Under the pieces are notes generated by a model. It did no database searches, was not told where the DNA came from, and was given only the letters and a program-made list of their open reading frames with translations. A DNA stretch of 63,958 nt, filler included, from Vicugna vicugna (Eukaryota): NCBI GenBank assembly GCA_013265495.1. It is 71 parts of 70 records of this genome, joined end to end, with 100 filler letters (N's around TTAATTAATTAA, not from the genome) between each part and the next. Parts side by side here need not be neighbours in the genome. Positions count along the whole stretch, not along the records: positions 1 to 709 come from PNXW01000881.1; positions 810 to 1,323 come from MU057579.1; positions 1,424 to 2,116 come from MU057580.1; positions 2,217 to 3,093 come from MU057580.1; positions 3,194 to 4,572 come from MU057581.1; positions 4,673 to 5,133 come from PNXW01000903.1; positions 5,234 to 5,887 come from PNXW01000914.1; positions 5,988 to 7,130 come from MU057586.1; 63 more parts are not named here. One strand, written 5' to 3'. The stretch's first letter is position 1. Every line of letters starts with the position of its first letter. The position numbers were made by a program, and so were the translations under genes. Shown piece after piece: positions 1 through 12,445 of this stretch.

Positions 1-709
1 TATTCCATATTCTAAATTCTGTGTTCTACATTCTATATTCTAAATCCTTTATTCAGGATTCTGTATTCTATATTCTAAATTCTGTGTGCTGCATTCCATG
101 TTCTAATTTCTGGGGTCTATATTATCTATTCTATATTCTATATTTTGTGTTCTTCATCCTATATTCTGCATTCCGTATTCTATATTCTATATTTTGTGTT
201 CTACATTCTATATTCTGAATCCTATATTCAGTATCCTGTATTCTATATTCTAAATTCTGTGATCAACATTCCTTGTTCTAAATTCTGGTTTCTATATTCT
301 GTTTTCCATATTCTATATCCTGTGTTCTACATTCTATATTCTGTATACTCTTTTCTGCATTCCGTTTTCTACATTCTATATTCTGTGTTCTACATGCTAT
401 ATTATAAATTCTATATTCAGTATTCTGTATTCTATATTCTAAATTCGGTGTACTGCATTCAATGTTCTAAATACTGTGTTCTGCATTCCATGTTCTAAAT
501 TCTGGTTTCTATATACTCTCTTCTATATTATATATTCTGTGTTCCGCATTCAAGTATATTCAGTATTCTGTGTTCTATACACGAAATTCTGTTTTCTGCA
601 TTCCATGCTCTAAATTCTGTGTTGTGTATTTTTTTTTCCATAGTCTATATTCTGTTTTCTGCAATCTATATACTGTATTCTATATTCTGTATTCCGTATT
701 CTATATTCT
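1..709 (+). repeat. Satellite A: degenerate heptamer (TTCTATA/TTCTAAA/TTCTGTG/TTCTGCA/TTCCATG)
   Basis: Continuous 7-bp periodicity; recurrent TTCTAAATTCTGTGTTCTGCATTCCATG motif shared with five other scaffolds. Confidence 0.93.
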
Positions 710-809
710 NNNNNNNNNNNNNNNNNNNNNNNNNNNNNNNNNNNNNNNNNNNNTTAATTAATTAANNNNNNNNNNNNNNNNNNNNNNNNNNNNNNNNNNN
801 NNNNNNNNN
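710..809. other. Synthetic scaffold linker N44-TTAATTAATTAA-N44 (first of 70 copies; last core at 63276)
   Basis: Identical palindromic 12-mer with stops in all six frames, flanked by N runs (44 N each side in this copy), separating unrelated sequences throughout. Confidence 0.98.
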
Positions 810-1434
810 CTTATTACAGGTGACATCAAAAGCCAGATCATCCAAAAGTCGCCATGGGGGCCATCCGTCCAATCTTCTCCAGGCTGTCACTCCCACATCC
901 ATCCTCTCTGTCACTACCTCATCTATTTTGTTCTCCTGCTAGTTGTCTCCTATCAGTATATAAAAGTCCATCCTCTTAAAAGAAAGGAACAGCACTCCTT
1001 GACCCTAATTCNNNNNNNNNNNNNNNNNNNNNNNNNNNNNNNNNNNNNNNNNNNNNNNNNNNNNNNNNNNNNNNNNNNNNNNNNNNNNNNNNNNNNNNNN
1101 NNNNNNNNNNNNNNNNNNNNNNNNNNNNNNNNNNNNNNNNNNNNNNNNNNNNNNNNNNNNNNNNNNNNNNNNNNNNNNNNNNNNNNNNNNNNNNNNNNNN
1201 NNNNNNNNNNGTCTTCATCAGGCCCTTTGGCAGCATTTGACCCAGCTCTTCCATCATCCTCCCCCGTGTTCCTGCTTGACTTGGCCTCCAGCCCATCGCT
1301 CTGCTTTCGATCCACTGGCTGGTNNNNNNNNNNNNNNNNNNNNNNNNNNNNNNNNNNNNNNNNNNNNTTAATTAATTAANNNNNNNNNNNNNNNNNNNNN
1401 NNNNNNNNNNNNNNNNNNNNNNNAGTCCATCAAA

Positions 1435-1636
1435 CCCAGCTTTGAGTCCTAGCACCACCATTCATTAGCTCTCCACCTTGCGCAAATTAGTTACCTTCTT
1501 TATTCTTTATTCATCTATAAACAAGCCTCGAAATAGTCTCAACTTCATAGAGAGTGAACATTAAATTTAACAAACATAGTGCATATGAAAGATACAGGAC
1601 AATGCCCAACTCACCATAATCATTAGAAAAATGCTA
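1435..1636 (+). mobile_element. Degraded MIR SINE
   Basis: TTTGAGTCCTAGC...TTCATCTATAAA...CTCAACTTCATAG...ATTAAAT resembles the MIR core and 3' part. Confidence 0.6.
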
Positions 1637-2216
1637 AATCTCAATATTTTTATTTTTCTAAAATACAAATCTGAATATACCTCTCCTTATTAAAATGCCA
1701 ATAATTCTCAGTTGACAACAGAATGAAATACCAACTCCTAAGCATGGCATGCAGAGTTCTCCACGAGCAAGCTCCTTCTTAGTGCTCATAGCACTTGGTC
1801 CCTGCTTTCTTTTCATATCAACCATACAATCATTGTCATTCACAGTCCCTAATCTCGTGCTATTTTGATGTGGCAGATTCAGCCTTAAATATCTGTTCCC
1901 TAAACTTCCACATTCAGGAAAATTGTCCTCTTCCTTGTCTCTCTTTACTTCATATATTTCTGTAATTATACTTTTCATACTTAGGCTTAATCAGTATAAA
2001 TTTTTTTCTAATATCTGAACATTTGTATTTCTGAAATATTTTTATGTACAACTCTATAAATATATTTGTACTATATAAAATGTGCACCAAATAGCCATTT
2101 AAAAGGATGGGATGAGNNNNNNNNNNNNNNNNNNNNNNNNNNNNNNNNNNNNNNNNNNNNTTAATTAATTAANNNNNNNNNNNNNNNNNNNNNNNNNNNN
2201 NNNNNNNNNNNNNNNN

Positions 2217-2530
2217 GAGTTTAGTTTTGTGTATGGACTGAGGGAGTGTTCTAACTTCAATGATTTACATGCTGCTGTCCAGTTTTCCCAATGCCACTTG
2301 CTGAAGGGACTGTCTTTTCTCCATTTTATATTCTTACCTCCTTTGTTTAAGATCAACTGACCATAGGTCTAGAGCTTAATTTCTGGGCTAATCTGTTCCA
2401 TTGTTCCACATGTCTGCTTTCATGCCAATGCCATGTTGTTTTGATGGCTGTATCTCTGTGGTGTTGTCTGAAGTCTGGGAGGGCTATTCCTCCCACTACA
2501 TTCATTCTCCTCAGTATTGTTTGGCAATTG
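2217..2530 (-). mobile_element. L1 ORF2 C-terminal fragment
   Basis: Translates to [40 protein letters not shown], typical of L1 ORF2p. Confidence 0.92.
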
Positions 2531-2834
2531 TGTGGCTGAACTCCATTCCTTGCTCATTTGTCTTAGAGATGTGGGTCCACAAAGGCACCCACAGATCAAA
2601 ATGGTCCCCTCTTCCTGGGGCTATAAACAAATTTCAGTTCCACTTTTGATGTTGCAGAGCCCCTGGGTATGGATTCAGGTTTCAATCCCACCTCTGCCTG
2701 GGAGATGCACCAGTAAATACAGTAGCTATGGCAGAGCCCCACCTCTCTTCTCCCAACATCATGCCAGGAATGGTGCCACAGGCCTGTGGAGACAGAGTCA
2801 CCAGCCTAGCTTTGTTGGGACCTTAGCAGTGTTG

Positions 2835-3055
2835 CTTGCTTGTTTTCTTCCTTCTTTCTTCCTTCCTTCTTCCTTTTCCTTCCTTCCTTTCCTTTCCTTT
2901 CTTTCTTTCCTCTTTCTTTCTCTCTTTCTCTTTTTCTTTCTTTTCTTTCTTTCTCTCTCTTTTCTTTCTCTCTTTCTCTCTTTTTCTTTCTTTCTTTCTT
3001 CCTTCCTTCCTCTCTCTCTTTTTTCCTTTCCTTTTCTTTTCTTTTCTTTTTCTAT
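2835..3055 (+). repeat. Polypyrimidine (CTTT/CCTT/CT)n microsatellite
   Basis: About 220 bp of almost pure C/T; explains the K/R/E-rich and F/S/L-rich pseudo-ORFs. Confidence 0.95.
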
Positions 3056-3193
3056 TCTGTATTTACTCCTAGCCATGGCACACAGTGCACTCCNNNNNNN
3101 NNNNNNNNNNNNNNNNNNNNNNNNNNNNNNNNNNNNNTTAATTAATTAANNNNNNNNNNNNNNNNNNNNNNNNNNNNNNNNNNNNNNNNNNNN

Positions 3194-4572
3194 GGTGATA
3201 GGAAGAAATTTGAAGTCAAAGTAAATATTTCAAAGTGCATTGGTAACTTGGTGCTGGTTGAAACTAGAGTCATGTGAATGATCACAACACAGAAATGCAT
3301 GTTTGAGGAATCCGTGTTGCATGAAACGTTCGAAATACGGAATGCCCTGGTTATGTAAACAATGTAAATTACATGTGTATTGTTGACAATTCGCTCAAAG
3401 AGTGTTTTCTGGTGCCTAATGCCCGATTTTAGAANNNNNNNNNNNNNNNNNNNNNNNNNNNNNNNNNNNNNNNNNNNNNNNNNNNNNNNNNNNNNNNNNN
3501 NNNNNNNNNNNNNNNNNNNNNNNNNNNNNNNNNNNNNNNNNNNNNNNNNNNNNNNNNNNNNNNNNNNNNNNNNNNNNNNNNNNNNNNNNNNNNNNNNNNN
3601 NNNNNNNNNNNNNNNNNNNNNNNNNNNNNNNNNNNNNNNNNNNNNNNNNNNNNNNNNNNNNNNNNNNNNNNNNNNNNNNNNNNNNNNNNNNNNNNNNNNN
3701 NNNNNNNNNNNNNNNNNNNNNNNNNNNNNNNNNNNNNNNNNNNNNNNNNNNNNNNNNNNNNNNNNNNNNNNNNNNNNNNNNNNNNNNNNNNNNNNNNNNN
3801 NNNNNNNNNNNNNNNNNNNGCATGTAGCAATAACATGGAATATCATGTTGATGGAATCTATTCAAATTACATATCTCTAGGGTAGAATTCATTCCAAGAG
3901 GGTTTTTCTTGGGTCAAATGTGATTCTTGAAACTGGTGAGAGGAAGAATATACGAAGTCACAGGAACTATTTCAACGTGCATAGGTAACTTGTTTGGTGT
4001 TTGAAACATCAGTCATGTGCATGTTCACAACTCAGAAATGCATGTTGGAGGAATCCGTGATGCATGAAACTTGTTCGAATTACGGAATCCCATGGTTATG
4101 TAAACAATGTAAATTACATGTGTATTGGTGAGAATTCGCTCAAAGAGTGTTTTCTACTGCCAAATGTCCGATTTTAGAAGATTTTTTCTGGTTCCAAATG
4201 TCCGATTTTAGATCCTGGTGAAAGAAAAGACCTATGAAATCAGGGTAAATATTTTTAAGTGTATATAAGCCTTGTTTGGTGGATGAAAGTTCAGTAATCC
4301 ACGTGCTCACAACTCAGAAATGCATGTTTGCCGAATCCACATTGCATGTAGCATGTACGGAACCCGGAATACCATGTTGAAGGAATTCATGTAAGTTACA
4401 AATCTGTTAGGTGGAAATCGCTCCAGAAGTATTTTTCTGTGAAAAATGCACGAATTCAAATCTGGTGTTAGGGAAAGCTTGTGAAAATGAGTACACGTGT
4501 CTCGATGTAAACAGTCCTTCTATAGTTGATGAAAGATCAGTAGTCCACATGCTCTCAACTCAGGAATGCATG
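3194..4572 (+). repeat. Satellite B (~247-bp subunits, trimeric ~740-bp unit)
   Basis: CATG(C/T)TC..AACTCAG.AATGCATG-type motif at ~4020, 4302 and 4548; same sequence in six other scaffolds. Confidence 0.9.
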
Positions 4573-4894
4573 NNNNNNNNNNNNNNNNNNNNNNNNNNNN
4601 NNNNNNNNNNNNNNNNTTAATTAATTAANNNNNNNNNNNNNNNNNNNNNNNNNNNNNNNNNNNNNNNNNNNNAAGTTCATCACGGAACTCCATTAAGTAG
4701 GCCATCTCTTATCCAGCTGGCTGTGCCTGTCATAGGTTGTCCTCCTCTGAGGATCTTACCCAGCATAGGCTATCCAGCCATCCATACTGGATACATTGAG
4801 TAGGCCATTTCTTATCCAGCCTGGGTATGTGACATTCCTCACAGCTTGTTTATCAGTTCAGCCCATGGTCTCATTCTCTAGAGTCTTCAGACAG

Positions 4895-5133
4895 GAGCCT
4901 AAAAATCCAACATCCCTTGACAGAAAAATGGATGAAGAAAATTTGATGTTTATATACAATGGAATCAATACTTTGCATTCTTATCAACAGTGTCCACGGT
5001 GTTACTTTTTCTCCACAATCTCACCAACATATCTATTTCTTTTTGATGAGAACCTTCTGATAAGTGTGAGGTCTTGTCTCATTTTTGATTTATGACATTG
5101 CTAATAATTTATAACTCTGAACACATTTTCATG
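4895..5133. mobile_element. Old L1 3' fragments in opposite orientations
   Basis: ATGGATGAAGAAAATTTGATGTTTATATACAATGGAAT (sense) abuts TTTGCATTCTTATCAACAGTG...TTTTTCTCCACAATCTCACCAACA (antisense). Confidence 0.6.
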
Positions 5134-5233
5134 NNNNNNNNNNNNNNNNNNNNNNNNNNNNNNNNNNNNNNNNNNNNTTAATTAATTAANNNNNNNNNNN
5201 NNNNNNNNNNNNNNNNNNNNNNNNNNNNNNNNN

Positions 5234-5887
5234 AAAAAAAAAAAAAAGCCGCCGTGACCTATTCACCCTCCACTTCCCTTCTCAGAATCTAAACGTGGTC
5301 ACCTTCCAGTAGAGAGGCCCGCCCGCCCGCCTGCCGCGGGCAGCGCCACCTGCAGATGACACGCTCTCCACCACGCAACCAAAACCACAACGTGAATTTG
5401 CAACAGGGGAAGAAGAAAGAACCAAAACGTCCAAGGCCCTGCTTTTTCTCTTAAATTTGTATTTTTTATTTACATTTTATATTTTTGTACATATTGTTAG
5501 GGGTCAGCCATTTTTAATGATCTCGGATGACCAAACCAGCCTTCGGAGCGTTCTCTGTCCTTCTGACTTTACTTGTGGTGTGACCATGTTCATTATAATC
5601 TCAAAGGAGAAAAAAAACCTTGTAAAAACAACAACAACAACAACAACAACAAAATCTTATTCCGAGCATTTCAGTAACTTTTTTGTGTATGTACTTAGCT
5701 GTACTATAAGTAGTTGGTTTGTATGAGATGGTTCATTTGTATGAGATGGTTAAAAGGCCAAAGATAAAAGGTTGCTTTTTTTTTCCTTTTTTTGTCTATG
5801 AAGTTGCTGTTTATTTATTTATTTATTTTTGGCCTGTTTGACGTATGTGTGAAACAATGTTGTCCAACAATAAACCGGAATTTTATT
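5234..5887 (+). other. PTMA: Prothymosin alpha 3' UTR (parent gene or retrocopy); poly(A) signal AATAAA at 5869-5874
   Basis: Recognised conserved blocks GCCGCCGTGACCTATTCACCCTCCACTTCCC, GATCTCGGATGACCAAACCAGCCTTCGGAGCGTTCTCTGTCC and GAAACAATGTTGTCCAACAATAAAC; no CDS on this scaffold. Confidence 0.88.
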
Positions 5888-8101
5888 NNNNNNNNNNNNN
5901 NNNNNNNNNNNNNNNNNNNNNNNNNNNNNNNTTAATTAATTAANNNNNNNNNNNNNNNNNNNNNNNNNNNNNNNNNNNNNNNNNNNNCCATCATTTACCT
6001 CATTAATCCACACAGAAACCTTGGCCTTACTCAATCCTACATTCACAGACAGCATTCATCCTTTCATGTTTCATCGAAACATGCCTTCAATCTGTTCGCT
6101 TTTACCCACTGACCATCTCACCGCTCAAGGGGAAGCCAACAACACTGCCCACCTGGACACACGAGTCTCCCAAGTGGCCCCACAGCCACTCTCCCCTACT
6201 TGAGACAAATGGGATTGTGTCACTTCCGCGTTTTTTGGACTCTTTTCAGACCCACTGTTCCTAGAAGAAACTCCAAGTTCTTCANNNNNNNNNNNNNNNN
6301 NNNNNNNNNNNNNNNNNNNNNNNNNNNNNNNNNNNNNNNNNNNNNNNNNNNNNNNNNNNNNNNNNNNNNNNNNNNNNNNNNNNNNNNNNNNNNNNNNNNN
6401 NNNNNNNNNNNNNNNNNNNNNNNNNNNNNNNNNNNNNNNNNNNNNNNNNNNNNNNNNNNNNNNNNNNNNNNNNNNNNNNNNNNNNNNNNNNNNNNNNNNN
6501 NNNNNNNNNNNNNNNNNNNNNNNNNNNNNNNNNNNNNNNNNNNNNNNNNNNNNNNNNNNNNNNNNNNNNNNNNNNNNNNNNNNNNNNNNNNNNNNNNNNN
6601 NNNNNNNNNNNNNNNNNNNNNNNNNNNNNNNNNNNNNNNNNNNNNNNNNNNNNNNNNNNNNNNNNNNNNNNNNNNNNNNNNNNNNNNNNNNNNNNNNNNN
6701 NNNNNNNNNNNNNNNNNNNNNNNNNNNNNNNNNNNNNNNNNNNNNNNNNNNNNNNNNNNNNNNNNNNNNNNNNNNNNNNNNNNNNNNNNNNNNNNNNNNN
6801 NNNNNNNNNNNNNNNNNNNNNNNNNNNNNNNNNNNNNNNNNNNNNNNNNNNNNNNNNNNNNNNNNNNNNNNNNNNNNNNNNNNNNNNNNNNNNNNNNNNN
6901 NNNNNNNNNNNNNNNNNACAAGTGGTGAGTAATTTCCAGGAAAATGGCAGTAATTCCTCCACTTGTAAGAGGACACACACTCACTTGTCGAAGGTGATTG
7001 TAAACCACATTCTGCAGAAATTAAGAAGATTCCGTCACCACTTCAAGATGGTGATGACAAGGTAGGACGTCTTGGATGCATGCTTCTGAGTCACTGGCAT
7101 TCTTACACTGCAAGGGGATAAGGAGGCCCCNNNNNNNNNNNNNNNNNNNNNNNNNNNNNNNNNNNNNNNNNNNNTTAATTAATTAANNNNNNNNNNNNNN
7201 NNNNNNNNNNNNNNNNNNNNNNNNNNNNNNGAATTTTAAAAATAAGGAATGAAGATTTACTGATTAATGCTGGGTATATTTTTATAGGTCGTTTATTAAA
7301 AAAAAACTAGGAGTTCTCTAAAGAGAATTTATTCAGTGTGCCTAGAATATGATTCAGTTAAAAATGATTTTCCTTTAAATACTTTTCAGAAATTTTCTGA
7401 GATATTTTTCTTGAATAGTAGTTGAAGATTTCTGAGGAGGTTTTACATTAGGAAAGTTTATTCTTGTAGCATTTGACAAATTAAATAAATGATTCATAAC
7501 CCTGGACAGCATAAAGCCCTGGAATTTTTTTAATATATATAATTTCGGTGGTTAGTTCTATGACATTTTATTGGGTAAAATTATCTCCCATTTCCATTTT
7601 ACAGGAAGAGAAGATGAGTCATACGATACTCAGTATACATGAGCAGCAGTGGCTGATTAATTTGGGCAGAAGAGTAAAAGGGTGTGGAGGAAAAAATCCT
7701 TGATTTTCAAACTGGACACATTCTGCGGTGCTGTGCAGCTGAAACGGTTTTGATTTTGCTTCTGGGTAGTCCTAGGTTTCGGCAAATGTGCCTGGAAAGG
7801 TCTCTCGGCAAAGATGCTTATTTAAGAAGGTTGTCATTGTATTTAAACATTGTAAGTGCTCTTAAGAGGATTAAACAAATTCCACAGCAAATAAAAGAAC
7901 ATGTTTTGAAGGTTTTCGACCCTCATGTAATTTCCAGAAAACAGACATGATTCACCTGCTAAACCAAACACACAGGTATAATAACGAGCCTGGCTCACAT
8001 GNNNNNNNNNNNNNNNNNNNNNNNNNNNNNNNNNNNNNNNNNNNNTTAATTAATTAANNNNNNNNNNNNNNNNNNNNNNNNNNNNNNNNNNNNNNNNNNN
8101 N

Positions 8102-8542
8102 TCTGCGTGGAGTGGGGCTTCAAACCTCCCCACCACACAAGGTTTGTTTCCAGGTTCCTGACGGTGTGGTAGTTCTTCCAACTGACATCAGCGTCTTGGT
8201 TTTAATAGAATCCCTTTGCTTGTCTTCCCTGATGGTTTGCCTAGGCCAGTGTGTGGTTGAAAGTGGGATTTGGGCTCTAAATCTAAGTATCAGCGTGTGC
8301 CTNNNNNNNNNNNNNNNNNNNNNNNNNNCAACCCACAACTTGGGAATTACTGAGACCCCTGAAAACTGCGTGTTCTTTGTTTCCCCACCTCCAGCACACA
8401 CACGAAATTTTCTGGTATCCTGAGTGTGGGGAGGCTCCTGCAACTGACAATAGCAGCTGGGATCTAATTGGATCCATTCGATTAACTTCCCTGAGTACTT
8501 TCCTTGGCCGGGTTTTGAGCAAAGTTATGGGTTGTGCTCTAA
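8102..8542 (+). repeat. Satellite C (diverged ~262-266-bp monomers)
   Basis: CCTGAGTGTGGGGAGGCTCCT..AACTGACA..AGC.CTGGG.TCTAAT motif. Confidence 0.85.
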
Positions 8543-8642
8543 NNNNNNNNNNNNNNNNNNNNNNNNNNNNNNNNNNNNNNNNNNNNTTAATTAATTAANN
8601 NNNNNNNNNNNNNNNNNNNNNNNNNNNNNNNNNNNNNNNNNN

Positions 8643-9475
8643 CTTCAGTCACAGGTGGGTTCCATGTTCGGGGAAATCCGAGCAATAACTTCCATAACTT
8701 TGGGGAGGCAGCCTCTGTCACTGGGATTGACTGAAAATCCCCCTAGCATTCCCTGGCTGATAGACGTTAGGAAAACTCTCAGGGGAGGCGAGCTTAGGCA
8801 TTCCGTTAGAACACACTCGCTACCGACCGATGGTGGAACCTCCCCATGCTCAGGTTTCCGGAGGCATTCTCAGTGCGTGGGGGAGCTCGAGACACTATTC
8901 CACGCAGCTCTCTTCAGTCACAGGTGGGTTCCCTGTTCGGGGAAGTCCGAGAAATACCTTCCCTGAAATTGGGGAGGCAGCCTCTGTCACTGGGATTGCC
9001 TGCAAACCCCCCTAGCATTCCCTGGCAGAGAGACAATAGGAAAACCCTCAGGGGTGTTGAGCTTACGTATTCCGTTTCAACCCACGCGCTGCCGACGATT
9101 GGTGGAACCTCTCCACCCTCAGGGTACCGGAATCATTCTCAGTCCGTGGGGGAGCCCGAGGGACAAAACCACGCAGCTCTCTTCAGTCACAGGTGGGTTC
9201 CCTGTTNNNNNNNNNNNNNNNNNNNNNNNNNNNNNNNNNNNNNNNNNNNNNNNNNNNNNNNNNNNNNNNNNNNNNNNNNNNNNNNNNNNNNNNNNNNNNN
9301 NNNNNNNNNNNNNNNNNNNNNNNNNNNNNNNNNNNNNNNNNNNNNNNNNNNNNNNNNNNNNNNNNNNNNNNNNNNNNNNNNNNNNNNNNNNNNNNNNNNN
9401 NNNNNNNNNNNNNNNNNNNNTCTTTTCAGGCACAGGTGGGTTCCCTGTTCGGGGAAGTCTGAGCAGTAACTTCCC
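8643..9475 (+). repeat. Satellite D, 269-bp variant
   Basis: CTTCAGTCACAGGTGGGTT at 8643, 8912 and 9181 (269-bp period). Confidence 0.93.
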
Positions 9476-9575
9476 NNNNNNNNNNNNNNNNNNNNNNNNN
9501 NNNNNNNNNNNNNNNNNNNTTAATTAATTAANNNNNNNNNNNNNNNNNNNNNNNNNNNNNNNNNNNNNNNNNNNN

Positions 9576-10570
9576 ACCTACAACCAAATATTTGGGAATA
9601 CCTGTGCCCCCTGAAAGTTGTAAGGACACAGTTTCCCCACCTTCAGCACACACACACGATGTGGTGTTCTGGTATCCTGAGTGTGGGGAGACTCCTCCAA
9701 CTGACAGCAGCAACTGGGATCTAATATAAACCCTATGTTTGACAAGCTTCAGTGTTTCCCTAGGCCGGGCTCTGAGCCTAGGTGGGGGTTGGGCTCTAAA
9801 GCCAAGTATTAGCGTGTGCCTCTCTATGTTCAGTGGAGGTGTTTAAACTACATCCAAACCTGGGAACACCTGTGCCCTCATGAAGATGCGTGGANNNNNN
9901 NNNNNNNNNNNNNNNNNNNNNNNNNNNNNNNNNNNNNNNNNNNNNNNNNNNNNNNNNNNNNNNNNNNNNNNNNNNNNNNNNNNNNNNNNNNNNNNNNNNN
10001 NNNNNNNNNNNNNNNNNNNNNNNNNNNNNNNNNNNNNNNNNNNNNNNNNNNNNNNNNNNNNNNNNNNNNNNNNNNNNNNNCGAGTGCCTCCAATGGACTG
10101 AGGAAATATTTTGTGGAATTCTCCCTAACGTGGAACACCTGTGCCCCCATTCTTCTGCGTGGGGTGGGTCTCCACACATTCCCCACACTAAAGGCTGGAT
10201 TCCGGATCCTGAGTGTGGGGAAGATTCTCCAACTGACAACAGCGACTGGGTTCTAATACAATCAGTAAGTTTGCCTTCCCTGATGACTTGTCTATGCCAG
10301 ATTGCGGGGGAATGTGTGGTTAAGCCTCGACAAACAAGAACAATCGAGTGCCTCTCCACGGGATGTGGAGGTCTTTAAACTGCAATCCACAACCTGTGAA
10401 TACCTGTGCCCCTTGCAAGATGTGTAGATCTGTTTCCCAACTCCAGCACACACACGAAGATCACTTCGGATATCCTAAGTGTGTGGATGCTCCTCAAACT
10501 GACGGCAACACCTGGGATCTAATAAAATCTCTTGGATAGACATCCCTGATTGTTTCCTTTGGCCGCGATG
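9576..10570 (+). repeat. Satellite C
   Basis: TCCTGAGTGTGGGGA..CTCC.CAACTGAC.GCA.C motif at ~9675, ~10207 and ~10473. Confidence 0.88.
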
Positions 10571-10670
10571 NNNNNNNNNNNNNNNNNNNNNNNNNNNNNN
10601 NNNNNNNNNNNNNNTTAATTAATTAANNNNNNNNNNNNNNNNNNNNNNNNNNNNNNNNNNNNNNNNNNNN

Positions 10671-10945
10671 GGGCTGCCCGCCGTCCGCGCGCCGGGGGTC
10701 TCGGGCGGGGCCGGGACGCTCGGGCCGGGTCTTTACTCGCGGTGCTTCCCGGGCGGTCCTCGATGGCGCGCGGAGTAGGGGAGCGGCNNNNNNNNNNNNN
10801 NNNNNNNNNNNNNNNNNNNNNNNNNNNNNNNNNNNNNNNNNNNNNNNNNNNNNNNNNNNNNNNNNNNNNNNNNNNNNNNNNNNNNNNNNNNNNNNNNNNN
10901 NNNNNNNNNNGGAGGCGGCTCTGGACAGCGGTTCTCAGCGGCGCT
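10671..10945. promoter_or_regulatory. CpG-island fragment, probably the 5' end or intron 1 of an unidentified gene
   Basis: Very GC- and CpG-rich, with a GC box (GGGCGGGG) at ~10702; GC content falls to intron-like levels downstream. Confidence 0.55.
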
Positions 10946-12445
10946 AGTGCACAACCCCGAAGTCATCGTCTTGTTTTCCCCCCTCCCCTGTCTTCGGTTC
11001 AGCACCTTCCGTGGTGCCAGTGGTGCTCCCCTGCCCAGGCTTTCTAAAAGGCATGTAGTGGCACCAGTGTGGGTGTGGAACGCCTCCATCTTCAAGTGTT
11101 TAAATGGGTTTGGGCATGGTACTGTTAGCGTTTCAGGAAGGGTAAGTCAGCATCGCTGTTGTGAATTATTTAAGGAGTCTTTTGGAGTTGGCCCTAATTT
11201 GACTTTTCCCCCCTTTTACCGGGCGTGAGCTCTCATACTGGCATAAAGGCTTTCAGAGGTTTTAGCATAATGACTGTGGACTTTCTCTGTTAAAGCTTTA
11301 GTGGTCTGTGTGTATGCCGCCCTGACGGTTATTGCAGAACCACATGCAGGCGCCCTTGTCTGTCTCGAGATCCCTCAGAAGTGTTCTTGGGATGGGGTTG
11401 ATGGTGGTNNNNNNNNNNNNNNNNNNNNNNNNNNNNNNNNNNNNNNNNNNNNTTAATTAATTAANNNNNNNNNNNNNNNNNNNNNNNNNNNNNNNNNNNN
11501 NNNNNNNNTGTGATCAGCTCTGAGAAGGGAAGGAACAGGTCTCGCCATTCAGCCCTGGCAGCATTCCAGACGGGGCTGCTCTGGGGGCGCTCATCTCAGC
11601 TAAACAAGCTCTGCTGCTGCACCAAGGCAGGAAGGCAGGGCGCGAGTGGCCAGGTAGACAGGGCCTCATTGATCGTAAACATTCCCCATTAAGCGGCAGC
11701 TCTCACGGGTACTTACCTAGTAAACAGGTGTCGGCCATAATCATCACGCACTTTCCTTGGTAGTTCTATTGGCCCCACCTTTGAGATGAGGTCATTGAAT
11801 CTGCGGAGTTTGCTGCATACCCGTTTATACCATGGAAATATCCCCACTGGTTTTTCATCCTACACTGGTGTGGCTGTCATGTCCCAGCCCTGTGAATGTC
11901 ATCCTGTAGCTTCTCCCAAGTGGCCCAAATGACTGACATTGATATGCTTAATTCGTAGGAAACGATATGTGACATTAAGAGAAAAAGGTAGTAAGGAATT
12001 GTTTGGAAAACTAGAAAAGAACCCAATTCTTCCCCAGCTGGGAAAGCATACCCTGTGTCACTCACCCCACTCACTGCCTGTCACCTCGTCCCTGCCGACT
12101 CTGCATTCAGAAGCCACCCTGAGCCTTTGAGGAACATTTTGCCTCATGACACTTTTGACTAGGCCCTGCAACATCTCTGTCCCTGGTTAACTCTCACTTC
12201 AAAGCCATTTAAATTTTATGCAGACTCCAATCAGATGCAAGAATAGCCTATTTAAACTTCTTCATGCAACTCCTTTATGAAGATCTTGCGAAGGAAACCC
12301 AGCCAAAACCTGGGAGGTGTGCACATAGTGACTGTAACCTCAGCANNNNNNNNNNNNNNNNNNNNNNNNNNNNNNNNNNNNNNNNNNNNTTAATTAATTA
12401 ANNNNNNNNNNNNNNNNNNNNNNNNNNNNNNNNNNNNNNNNNNNN

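Noticed and set aside
21..761. Y/S/I/F/L-rich ORFs in satellite A (also 21541-22522, 51594-52508)
   Set aside because: Translation of a heptamer repeat; no protein signal
1658..1978. 106-aa minus-strand ORF
   Set aside because: No recognisable domain and no convincing splice signals
2798..3149. K/R/E-rich and F/S/L-rich ORFs
   Set aside because: Translation of the CT microsatellite
10671..10787. GC-rich stretch as rDNA
   Set aside because: No conserved 18S, 5.8S or 28S sequence recognised
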